Assembly (NCBI GenBank): GCA_964188305.1
Contig: OZ076890.1
Origin: Podarcis bocagei
Taxonomy: Eukaryota
Length of the DNA stretch: 64,000 nucleotides
Reading direction: 5' to 3' (one strand)
A program made the position numbers and the translations under genes. The notes under the pieces were generated by a model. It was not told the origin of the DNA. It saw only the letters and a list, made by a program, of their open reading frames with translations, and did not search any database. Of this stretch, positions 10,944 to 21,307 are shown one piece after another (within the stretch, counting starts at the first letter, position 1; the number at the start of each line of letters is the position of its first letter).

Positions 10944-13424
10944 TCATATGTTCAATAACAGAGTTGAAAAGTCTGTCTTGTTCAAACAGTGTGTCTCCTG
11001 TGAGGCCATCTGATTAAAAGAGAAGAAACTGACATTTCTGTCTGTAGGGAGAGTCATGAGGTTAGGGTTCTGAAAGCACGAATGGAGGCTTGTCTTACGA
11101 TTTATTACCAGTGTGTTCGTTTGTATAAGTGAGTGCATGGCTGTCTCCAGCCGATAGGCCCTAATAGGGCAAGTAGTGCATCATCATCTCTGTCCTCATT
11201 AAACATTGTTCCAGTCAGAACAGATGTTCATTTGCTGTGTTCATCTGGGGGCAGCTGTGGGTTGCATTCACAAGAGAAGCTTAAATCTATATATTTTTAA
11301 TTTTCCCTTGCATGAATGATGGTGACACACCACATTTCACTTGAACATTTGTTTTCTTAATGGAGGGGGTGCATCCCCAGAGAATGCCACTTTATCATCT
11401 GTGGTAAAGATAAATTGAATTAAATGTCTTTTTCTGTTTCTATATATGTGTTAAGACATTCTAATAGCGCCAGAAAGAAGAAGGGTGCTTTCTGGAAGCA
11501 ATATAAAGAAGCATTAACGAAATGGTGCTTATCAAGGTGTCTGTGTAACAAGGTATGGATGTGTGGTAAAATTCCCTTCCACACTTACAGAAGAACAGAA
11601 TCCTGCTGGTTGCATGTTGATTGCTGTTTCTTCATTCAGAATCTCTTGTGCAAATGCCTTTGTACTGTGTGGCACAGCCCCCAAGCGCTTCAGACAGGTG
11701 GTTATTATCTTTTATTCTGCACTTCCCCCCTTAAAAAATATAAAATGAGGCACATTTTTAAAGAACACGAATCTGTGCAGGACACTTCATAAAGAATCAT
11801 GGAGAGTGTGACCAGGGGTGTGGGTGTGTGTTGAAGGGATGGGCTTTGAATGATTCAGGATGGAAAAGGAAAAACAATTTTCTGTGGAATAATACATGGT
11901 TTTTTTTAACAGCTTCCTATTACACAGACTACTTGGTGTGGAAAAGTTTTCTGTTTGCCACCAGAGGGCGCTCCTTTCTTTCCTCTTAACAGCTGATTGT
12001 CCATGTAATCACATGCACATTATATGCTTAAAGCACATTCAATGCACAATTAGAACATGGCTTCTCCCAAAGAATCCCGGGAACTCTAGTTTACACCCAC
12101 AGAGCTACAATTCCCAGCACTCACAACAAACCAAAGCTCCTGGCATTCCTTGTGGGGAAGCCGTGTGCTTTAAATCTGTGTCAAATGTGATTTAAATGTG
12201 TGATGTGGGTGTGGGAAACTGCTTCAGCTCAGTAAAAATAGGCACCCCCATGGTTCAAAAGTAGTATTTCCTTCAAGAGAGCTTTGTTTTATGCTACACT
12301 TCCCAACATTTCACAGATGAGGTGTGGATATGCTTGCTGATTTCTAATTGCCACAAGATGGCAGCATGGGTTGAAAATGTAGCTCAGGAGGTGCAATGTG
12401 TGAAATGGTGTTCTGTGCACTGCATGGTGCCTTAATGTTCATGCGCACACACACTGACTTTCAGGCACACTAGATCAGGAATGGGGAACCTGTGACGCTC
12501 CAGATAGTGCTGAACTCCAACTCCCATCAGCTCCAGCAAGCGTGGCAAATGGTCAGGGATGATGGGAGTGGTAGTCCATCGAAGGGCCACTGGTTTAGCC
12601 ACCCACTTGCACTAGAAGCAAGATGGAGCCACCCACTCAGCACGTGTTGCCTCAGCTAGTGTGTCAGTCCAACTATCCGTTCCACAGCACTTTCAAGCTC
12701 TTCTCTCTGACTAGGCCAGGCTGTTCCTCCATCCTGTCTGCTGTGGCAGACTTCTCTCAAACACCTATACTGCTTCCCGCAAACTCCTGTCAGGCAGCTG
12801 CCACTACAAGAGAGACTTGAGAAATTGGATCACCTCAGAGGCATAACACCTATTTATATCCCCCTGAGCTTTCCCCCTGAGCTCCTCTGTCTCATATACT
12901 ATCTCCGTCTTCTGACTACTACAAAGTTTTCTCCTCATGACCTCACCTTTCTTTTCTGAAGGTTACCTCATTTTCCAGAGCATTGCAGCTTCATAGGTAG
13001 TCATGGGCACCCATTTCCCCCCTCTCAAACTCCCATGAGTTCTGAAATCTCAGGGCAGCAACGTCCCATATCCTAGATGAGGCAACCCAATCACTGTATT
13101 AAACTCCACTGAACTGAAAAGAAATTAAATTTGTTGCAGTAGGGTTTCCCATTGTCTCAGAGATAATAATTCTGCCTGGTTATATAAAAGCATGGCTCAG
13201 TCTATTTTGCTCTGATCATTCTTGCCTAAAGACAAACTCTCATAGTAAGATGGCATTTCCACCACACAAAAACAAGCTCAAAAAAACAGCGGATCTGGTG
13301 CCATTTCTCTGCTTTGCTCACTCTGGTATCAGGCATTTGAGCACCCATATGGAAGCTTTAGTCAGGGAAACCTAAACAGATATTGAGCTGAAAGAACCAT
13401 GAATACTGGAGCGTGGAATGTAGT

Positions 13425-13762
13425 ATTAGAACTTGAGGTCATGTAATGAAGTTGAATGTTGGAAAATTCACGACAGACAAAAGGAAGTATGTCTTCACAC
13501 AGCACATATGTGAACTATGGGATTCACCCCCATAAGTGGTAGTGATGCCCACCAACCTGGATTAGACAAATTCATGGAGGATAAGGCTATCGATGACTGT
13601 TAGTCACGATGTGAATATCAGTTGCTGAGGTGCATGTTTGGGGAGAGTGCTGTTTCCCTTAGGTTCTGCTTGCAGACTTCCTTAGGCATCCGGTTGGCTG
13701 CCATAAGAACAGAATGCTGAACCAGATGGTCTGATCCAGCGGGAGCTCCTTTTATGTACTTA
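13425..13762 (+). mobile_element. CR1 LINE 3' fragment
   Basis: GACAGACAAAAGGAAGTA..TTCACACAGC and GGATTAGACAAATTCATGGAGGATAAGGCTATC resemble squamate CR1 3' ends. Confidence 0.75.
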
Positions 13763-13832
13763 GGACGGAACTTCTTTGTGTTCCATCTGGAGCATTCCTG
13801 AAGCAGCTCAAACAATTTGTTTATCTAGCCCA

Positions 13833-13833
<1 letters not shown>

Positions 13834-13885
<52 letters not shown>

Positions 13886-13945
13886 TATTATTATTATTAT
13901 TTTATTATTTATACCCTGCCCATCTGGCTGGGCCTCCCCAGCGAC
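13834..13945 (-). repeat. (AAT)n/(TTA)n microsatellite attached to an L2 3' tail
   Basis: Directly visible; followed by the reverse complement of the L2 terminus. Confidence 0.85.
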
Positions 13946-14243
13946 TTTGTCTTCTCTGACTGGCTGGAACTTTATAGGGTCTCAGACAGAGATCTTTCAC
14001 ATCACCAATTATTTAACCCTTTTTAGCAAATTGCAGAGATTGAACCCTCCTGTGTGTAAACTGTGCTCCACCAGTTGCTTTTTTAAAAAAGAATTGTTTT
14101 TAGTTTTGGGCATTGTATTTTGTCATTCTTTGTTTCAAATTCTATTTCTGTGTTGTGCATGGATTTTATTCAGTTTTGTAGTCATGAATTATTATTTTTT
14201 TTGCAGAGGGGTGGTTAAGAAATATTGAAATAAATATTTGTGG

Positions 14244-14560
14244 ACTTCCGGTTGGCGCCAGCGCTAATGGCGGTCCTTTTTCCGAGCTCCGGAGAAGGAC
14301 TGCCCTGCGAGTTCGGGTCTGCCCCGCTACGGCAAGCGGGGGACCCCTAAAATCACAGGCGCGGAAGCCTGTGAACGAGGAGATTCGGTGGGCACCAAAA
14401 GCGCCCCCCTTTACCGCAGAAAGAGCCTTTTTAAAGGCTCTGGAACGACATCGGGGGAGCGCGGTGCTGAGAATCGCTACCCAGCCCGCAGGGTGAAGCC
14501 GTGTCGCTATTAGTGGAGAGCGCCGATTCCTTCCTGTAAATTACGGACAGAAAAAACCCG
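14244..14560 (+). promoter_or_regulatory. L1 internal Pol II promoter (CpG-rich 5' end)
   Basis: Starts (GG)ACTTCCGG (ETS-type motif) followed by AATGGCGG (YY1-type); CpG density far above the rest of the window. Confidence 0.65.
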
Positions 14561-15192
14561 TGAGTAAAACGGAACTTTTATTTGGATCTAAAATTTGGAG
14601 ATTTGGCTGAAAGCGGGGAGGTTAAAATCAAGGAAGTCTGCCTCCCCCCGACTGCATGAAAGTGAAAGCAACGGAACTTTAAAGCTGCATCCGTCAAAAC
14701 TTTGTTTTTATTTAATTAAACCTGACACTTGGACCTTGGATCTCCCCTCTAGCTAGCAGGGCAGAGGGGAGGTGAAAGAGACTTTGGTAACTGCATGATT
14801 TATTTAAAAGAAAAATCCTCTGCTGTCTCAGTTACTTAAGAGCACGAAACGGTCTGCCTTTTAGGACAATAGGACACTGAACTGACTTTTTCCTGTAAAA
14901 GTTACACTGTGATACAAAGTTTCTGTATTGTTTGGCTACAGTTCATCTGAGTAAGACGAAACAGTATCTACTGGAAAACTGTGGCAATTTGCAGCTACAA
15001 GCCTCCAGCTATATTTGCTTTAATTGCTTTAATTTCTCTACGTCTTTGGATATTCTCTTTGTCTCTGCATTTGGACATTTCATATTTGGCCATTTTGATT
15101 TGCTCCCCCTAGAGGGTAAAGTAAAAGTTGGCACGGCTTAAGACAGTGGAATTTTCCAGTGGGGAACAGCTCCCGTGGGAAACGACCTTGAC

Positions 15193-16278
15193 ATGAGTGG
15201 CCCACAAGAGGAGATAGTTACAAGAGCCAAGACCAAGCAACAACAACAACAACAGCTGCAGCAACAACAGACAAAGAAAAGAGGCTCAATTTCAGGCGTA
15301 ACTGCCGGACTTGCAGGAACAACAGGACAAGAAAAAGGGACAGCTGTTTCTATGGAAGCCGTGACAGAAGCCCTGCTCAAGGTAAATCAATCTCTGGAGT
15401 CTCTGACAAAACAGACTTCAGAAAATACACAAAAATTAACAGAAATATCAGTAAGACTCAACCAGAATACAGAATCTATAAATAAATTGGTGGAGGAAAA
15501 TTCTACTACACGTAAAATTGCCGAAGAAGCGAAAGCTATTGCTGGAGAGACACAAGAGAATTTAGAGCCGATTGCCAAGAAGGTCCATGAACATGACGCA
15601 ACTTTGGCTCTGTGGGAATTACAGAGAAAAGAGAGAAATTTGAAATTGAGATTGATTCCAGAGAATGAAAGAGACAATCTTGCGGAGTACTTGACACGGG
15701 AGTTTGTTGACTGCTGGGATCTGGAGGAAGACGAATTCAAAATTACAACAGCTTTTAGACTGGGCAAAAAGCAGGACAGAAAGACTCCGAGAGACTGCCT
15801 GATTACATTTAGATCTAAGGAGGAAAGAGACAAAATATTAGGACTACACTTCGAAAAGGCCTTGCAAATTGGAAACTCAGCTGTACAGATCTTTAAAGAC
15901 ATCCCAAAATATATTTTGGATTTAAGAAACTTCTACAAGGATTTAGCTCTTCTGTTAAAGAAAAACTCCATCCGCTTCAGGTGGGAATTCCCACAAGGAC
16001 TATCTTTTGACTACAACGGAAAGAAGGTGAAAAGAAAGACAATTCAAGACAAAGACAAATTTTTTGGGAAGAAATCAGGAGGACTTGCAGAAGGGGACTG
16101 TGGACCCAATTGCAGAACAGAGGAGAGCATTAGACATTCTGAATTTCTCGCTTGGACAAAAACCACCACCATCAGAAGAAGAGCAACAACTTGGAGCTGT
16201 TGGAGGAGTGTCAGAAAAATAACAAGATGGCTCTGCAATTCCTTAGCTGGAATTGTAATGGGCTCAATGGGCCTTTGA
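15193..16278 (+). CDS. L1 ORF1p (coiled coil + RRM-type region + CTD); C-terminus probably frameshifted at ~16060
   Basis: ATG at 15193 in ORF 15175..16278; heptad-like region; RKERNLKL, AFRLG, PRDCLITF, IFKDIP and FRWEFP resemble L1 ORF1 motifs; lies upstream of ORF2. Confidence 0.85.
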   Translation: MSGPQEEIVTRAKTKQQQQQQLQQQQTKKRGSISGVTAGLAGTTGQEKGTAVSMEAVTEALLKVNQSLESLTKQTSENTQKLTEISVRLNQNTESINKLVEENSTTRKIAEEAKAIAGETQENLEPIAKKVHEHDATLALWELQRKERNLKLRLIPENERDNLAEYLTREFVDCWDLEEDEFKITTAFRLGKKQDRKTPRDCLITFRSKEERDKILGLHFEKALQIGNSAVQIFKDIPKYILDLRNFYKDLALLLKKNSIRFRWEFPQGLSFDYNGKKVKRKTIQDKDKFFGKKSGGLAEGDCGPNCRTEESIRHSEFLAWTKTTTIRRRATTWSCWRSVRKITRWLCNSLAGIVMGSMGL

Positions 16279-17237
16279 AGAGAAGACAAGTATTTCACAT
16301 TTTGAACAGAGAACAACTGGACTTGATATGTTTACAAGAAACTCACATAACCAGAGCTCACAGGAGATTACTTATAAACAAAAGACTAGGACAAGAATTT
16401 ATTTCATCAGACAAAGTTAAAAAAAGAGGAGTTGTGATATATGTGAAAGAGAAATGGGCCCCAAAAATGATGTTCAAAGATGAGCAAGGGAGATATCTGG
16501 CAGTGGAGATACAAGTACAAGGAGAAAAACTTTTAGTTGTTGGAATCTATGCACCAAATGAAGGTAAATCTGACTTCTTCAAGAGACTTCATGAAACTCT
16601 GACGGACTATTTGGATTACAACATGATAATCATGGGAGACATGAATGGTGTGGTCTCCACCAACATGGACAAGGCACAAAGACTAACAGTTACCAAGGAA
16701 GGGAGACTTCCTAGGACCTTTTTTGAAATGACCGAAAACATGGACTTGATAGATATATGGAGAACAAGGAACCCTCTGGAGAGAGAGGGAACCTTTTTCT
16801 CCCAAGCAATGATGACCTGGACCAGAATTGATCAAATCTGGATTACTAGTGGCATGGCTCCAAAGATTAAGAAGGTAGAAATCTGCCCAAAAACTTGCTC
16901 CGACCATAACGCCGTGAAGATGGAAATGAAACTTACAACAACTGGTCAATTTAGATGGAGAATGAATGACACCCTCTTTCGAGACAAGGAGATCCTTATG
17001 AAGGCCCAAAAAACTTTAAAAGACTATTTTGAAATAAATTTGAGGGCTGACGTGGAGAAAAGAGTGATCTGGGACGCAAGCAAAGTGGTGATGCGAGGCT
17101 TCTTGATTCAACAAAACTCAATAAAGAGGAAAAAACAAAATGAGAAAAAAGAAAAGATTTTGGAAAAGATAAAGGAAGGAGAGAAAAAATTAAGAGCAAA
17201 ACCAAAGTCCCAGGAGATTTTAAGAGAGATTAAGTTA
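16227..17237 (+). CDS. L1 ORF2 5' part: APE-type endonuclease plus linker, cut by transposon insertion
   Basis: SWNCNGL, LQETH, IYAPN, MGDMN, RIDQIW, SDHNAV motifs; frame leaves L1 sequence after EIKL at 17237. Confidence 0.93.
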
Positions 17238-17377
17238 CCGTATTTTTCGCTCTATAACACGCACCTGACCATAACACGCACATCGTTTTTAGAGGAGGAA
17301 AACAAGGAAAAAAATATTCTGAATGAAACAGTGGACGTATCATTTTTGTGCTTCATGCTGTGGCCACAGACATGTGA

Positions 17378-17775
17378 TCTGATGGTGAATTTGGGGTGAC
17401 CCAATGCAAAAATCCTGAGAATCCCTGTGGATCCATGCTTTGTAACCACGTTTTTGCACCATTGCAGCCCCAGGCAACAGTGGGTGCGTGATTTTTTTTG
17501 GGGGGGACAGGCTGTAGTCATGGACATGCTATGTGCTCTGATGGGGAATTTTGGCTGACCCAATGCAAAGATCCTGAGGATCCCTGTGGATCCATGCTTT
17601 GTAACCACGTTTTTGCACCATTGCAGCCCCAGGCAACAGTGGGTGCGTGATTTTTTTTTGGGGGGGGGCAGGCTGTAGCCATGGACATGCTGTGTGCTCT
17701 GATGGTGAATTTGGGGTGACCCAATGCAAAGATCCTGAGGATCCATGTGGATCCATGCTTTGTAACCACATTTTA
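17378..17775. repeat. ~160-bp tandem repeat, ~2.4 copies, inside the Tc2-type element
   Basis: Unit starts GATGGTGAAT/GATGGGGAAT at 17381, 17540 and 17701. Confidence 0.9.
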
Positions 17776-18051
17776 AGTGGGGAGGGAAGGAAAAACACAG
17801 AAGGCTAAGAATGCAGGAGAGGGCTATAACGTGAGGAAAGGAAGGCAAAAGTTTCCCCCCATCCACCCACCCAAGCCAGCCAGCGTGCGCTCTCTCTCTC
17901 TCTCCCTCTTTAAATGGAAGAAAGCATATTTGAATGCTGTGTGTCTCCAAAAACAAAAAGCAGGAAGTCAAATCAGAATTTTAAGCCGAACCTGTAGTCT
18001 CTCTTCCCTGCACAAACATTGTTCCTCCGGAGCAGGGACAGGATAGAAGGA

Positions 18052-18357
18052 CGGACGCTCTGCTTTCCCTCTCTACTTGCCTGGAGGGGAGGGGCTTTCC
18101 CTGCTCTTTGTTCGGACGCTCTGCTTTCCCTCTCTACTTGCCTGGAGGGGAGGGGCTTTCCCTGCTCTTTGTTCGGACGCTCTGCTTTCCCTCTCTACTT
18201 GCCTGGAGGGGAGGGGCTTTCCCTGCTCTTTGTTCGGACGCTCTGCTTTCCCTCTCTACTTGCCTGGAGGGGAGGGGCTTTCCCTGCTCTTTGTTCGGAC
18301 GCTCTGCTTTCCCTCTCTACTTGCCTGGAGGGGAGGGGCTTTCCCTGCTCTTTGTTC
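18052..18357. repeat. 61-bp minisatellite, 5 identical copies, inside the Tc2-type element
   Basis: Unit CGGACGCTCTGC...CTCTTTGTT starts at 18052, 18113, 18174, 18235, 18296. Confidence 0.95.
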
Positions 18358-18580
18358 CGTTTGAGCAAACACAGCAAGGAAACAGAGAGGGCGGGCAGTA
18401 AGACCCTGAGGCAGAATGCAGGAAAGCAGCCACTTCCTGTATCACGGAGCTCCCTTCTCCCTGAAGCGCGGTTTGATTTTTGCCTTATTTTTCCACACAT
18501 TCGCTCCATAACACGCACAGACATTTCCCCTTCCTTTTTAGGAGAAAAAATCTGCGTGTTATAGAGCGAAAAATACGGTA

Positions 18581-21307
18581 TATCAAACACAATATATGGA
18601 ATTGATGAACCTAGAGATTGAATGGAAGATAAAGCAGATGAAGCAAAAGACATTTGAATCAGCAAATAAATGTGGCAAACTTCTGGCATGGCAACTGAAG
18701 AAAAGGCAGAAACTAAATACAGTTACAAGCCTAGAAGTGGATGGAAAGAATATATCTAAACCTAATGAAATTAGAAATTGCTTCTTGAGTTATTTCAAAA
18801 AACTTTATACTCAAGGCCCGCAAAATGAAGAAGATATAGACAAATTCCTTGATAAATATGGATTACAAAAAATCTCTCATCAAAGCAAGATGGATCTGAA
18901 CCAGAGAATAACAGAACTAGAGATAGAGGCTGCCATTCAGAATATGCAACTGGGCAAATCTCCAGGACCAGATGGACTGACTTCAAGATACTACAAATCG
19001 CTGAAGGAATGGTTGATTCAGCCACTAAAAGAAGTCTGTAATGAGATCCTTGAGGGAAAAAAGGCACCTGAATCGTGGAAAGAAGCATATATTTCACTCA
19101 TACCAAAGACAGAGACTGAAAAGACTCAACTGAAGAACTACCGCCCAATATCATTACTTAATGTGGATTACAAAATTTTTGCAGACATTTTGGCAAAAAG
19201 ATTTAAAAAAGTGCTGATGGAGAAGATTCATATGAACCAAGCAGGCTTTCTCCCAAAAAGACACCTAGCAGACAATGTAAGGAATATAATAGACATTTTG
19301 GAAAAGCTAGAGGTGAATATAAATACTAAAGCAGTACTGATGTTTGTGGACGCGGAGAAAGCCTTTGACAATATTTCTTGGAGCTTTATGATAAAGAATC
19401 TTCATGGGATGGGGGTAGGCCAAGGTTTTGAGAATGGTATGGCTGCAATATATTCTGAACAAAAAGCTAAATTGATTGTAAATAATGTAGTAACTGAGGA
19501 ACTTAAGATAGAAAAAGGAACACGACAGGGGTGCCCAATTTCCCCATTACTCTTCATTTCAGTTCTGGAGGTGTTGCTGAATATGATTAGGAATGACCAG
19601 CAGGTTAAAGGAGTGCAGGTCGGAGCTAAACAGTATAAGTTAAGAGCATTTGCAGATGACCTAGTACTGACTTTGCAAGAGCCAAACACTAGTACAAAAA
19701 AGGTCCTGGAAATAATCCAACAGTTTGGCCAGGTAGCTGGATTTAAGTTGAATAAGCAAAAAACCAAAGTTCTAGGGAAAAATTTAACAGATATGGAAAA
19801 AGAGAAATTCCAAGAGGAGACAGGGTTGACGGTGGTTAAGAAGGTGAAATACCTAGGGGTTTATTTGACATCTAAAAATTTGAATTTGTATAAGGACAAC
19901 TATGAAAAATGTTGGTCAGAGATTAAAAAAGATCTAGAAATATGGTCAAATTTGAAATTGTCAATGTTAGGCCGAATTGCAGTGATTAAAATGAATGTAT
20001 TGCCTAGAATGTTATTTTTGTTTCAGACCTTGCAGATTCTTGATAAGATGGAATGTTTCAAGAGGTGGCAGAAAGATATTTCGAAATTTGTCTGGCAGGG
20101 CAAAAAGCCCAGGATTAAATTTAAAATATTAACAGACGCTAAAGAAAGAGGGGGTTTTGCCCTGCCGGACTTAAAATTGTACTACGAGGCAGCAGCTTTT
20201 TGCTGGCTGAAAGAATGGATGCTCCTCGAGAACACAGACATTTTAGATCTGGAAGGTTTTAACAATGCTTTTGGTTGGCATGCATATCTATGGTATGACA
20301 AAATCAAGCTGCATAGTGCCTTTAAAAATCACATTGTTAGAAAAGCATTGTTCAATGTTTGGATAAGATATAAAGATCTGTTGGAAAACAAAACCCCTAG
20401 ATGGGTGTCACCAGTGGAGGCCAAGGCAGTGAAGAAACTCAATATGGAGGTCGGATGGCCGAAGTATTGGGAAATTTTGGAACAGGATGGAGATAAGTTG
20501 AAATTACAAAGTCATGAGAAATTGAAACATAAAGTACAAAATTGGTTTCAATACCATCAAATAATGGAGTTTTTCAAACAGGACAGGAAAATTGGCTTTC
20601 AGATGGAAAAATCAAAACTAGAGACTGAATTGTTACAACCCAATACTAAGAATTTATCCAGAATGTATAACTTGTTGCTGAAATGGAATACACAGGATGA
20701 AACAGTCAAATCGGCTATGATTAAGTGGGCACAGGATGTTGGTCATAACATTATGTCAGCTGACTGGGAATGGTTATGGAACACCGGTATTAAATTCACG
20801 GCATGTAATGCCTTAAAGGAAAACATTATGAAAATGGTCTATAGGTGGTACATGACCCCAGTCAAGCTGGCAAAAATTTATCATTTGCCCGACAACAAAT
20901 GTTGGAAATGTAAAGAGACTGAAGGTACCTTCTACCACCTTTGGTGGACATGCCCGAAGATTAAGGCTTTCTGGGAAATGATCTATAATGAAATGAAAAA
21001 GGTACTTAAATGTACTTTCCCTAAAAAACCAGAGGCCTTTCTCTTGGGCATTGTCGGCCAATTGGTGTCAAAGAGGGATAGAACTTTTTTCATGTACGCT
21101 ACAACAGCAGCAAGAATACTCATCGCAAAGTATTGGAAGACACAAGATCTACCCACTCTGGAAGTATGGCAGATGAAAGTGATGGACTATATGACATTGG
21201 CCGAGATGACAGGCAGAATCCGTGACCAAGGAAAAGAGACGGCGGAAGAAGAATGGAGAAAATTTAAAAGTTATCTTAAGGACTATTATAAACTTAATGA
21301 ATGTTAG
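18581..21307 (+). CDS. L1 ORF2 3' part: reverse transcriptase plus C-terminal CCHC zinc knuckle
   Basis: KSPGPDG, YRPISLLNVD, DAEKAFD, GTRQGCP, FADD, KYLG, CWKC-x8-H-x4-C; joins 17237 in frame as EIKL|YQTQYMEL. Confidence 0.95.
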   Translation, partial: YQTQYMELMNLEIEWKIKQMKQKTFESANKCGKLLAWQLKKRQKLNTVTSLEVDGKNISKPNEIRNCFLSYFKKLYTQGPQNEEDIDKFLDKYGLQKISHQSKMDLNQRITELEIEAAIQNMQLGKSPGPDGLTSRYYKSLKEWLIQPLKEVCNEILEGKKAPESWKEAYISLIPKTETEKTQLKNYRPISLLNVDYKIFADILAKRFKKVLMEKIHMNQAGFLPKRHLADNVRNIIDILEKLEVNINTKAVLMFVDAEKAFDNISWSFMIKNLHGMGVGQGFENGMAAIYSEQKAKLIVNNVVTEELKIEKGTRQGCPISPLLFISVLEVLLNMIRNDQQVKGVQVGAKQYKLRAFADDLVLTLQEPNTSTKKVLEIIQQFGQVAGFKLNKQKTKVLGKNLTDMEKEKFQEETGLTVVKKVKYLGVYLTSKNLNLYKDNYEKCWSEIKKDLEIWSNLKLSMLGRIAVIKMNVLPRMLFLFQTLQILDKMECFKRWQKDISKFVWQGKKPRIKFKILTDAKERGGFALPDLKLYYEAAAFCWLKEWMLLENTDILDLEGFNNAFGWHAYLWYDKIKLHSAFKNHIVRKALFNVWIRYKDLLENKTPRWVSPVEAKAVKKLNMEVGWPKYWEILEQDGDKLKLQSHEKLKHKVQNWFQYHQIMEFFKQDRKIGFQMEKSKLETELLQPNTKNLSRMYNLLLKWNTQDETVKSAMIKWAQDVGHNIMSADWEWLWNTGIKFTACNALKENIMKMVYRWYMTPVKLAKIYHLPDNKCWKCKETEGTFYHLWWTCPKIKAFWEMIYNEMKKVLKCTFPKKPEAFLLGIVGQLVSKRDRTFFMYATTAARILIAKYWKTQDLPTLEVWQMKVMDYMTLAEMTGRIRDQGKETAEEEWRKFKSYLKDYYKLNEC

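Larger units (their letters stand above)
17238..18578. mobile_element. Non-autonomous Tc1/mariner-superfamily element (Tc2-type CCGTA termini) inserted in L1 ORF2
   Basis: Perfect 26-bp TIRs CCGTATTTTTCGCTCTATAACACGCA (17238-17263, 18553-18578); TA duplication (17236-17237, 18579-18580); no transposase ORF. Confidence 0.92.

Noticed and set aside
15138-17205. Antisense ORFs over the L1 (80-171 aa) as an ORF0-like gene
   Set aside because: Expected shadows of sense-strand codon usage; no independent signal.
18052-18357. CRISPR-like array
   Set aside because: Identical head-to-tail units with no unique spacers, no cas genes, vertebrate context; it is a minisatellite.
17252-18689. ORFs of 83-239 aa inside the Tc2-type element as a transposase or cargo gene
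   Set aside because: They arise from tandem repeats and show no DDE/D or HTH motifs.
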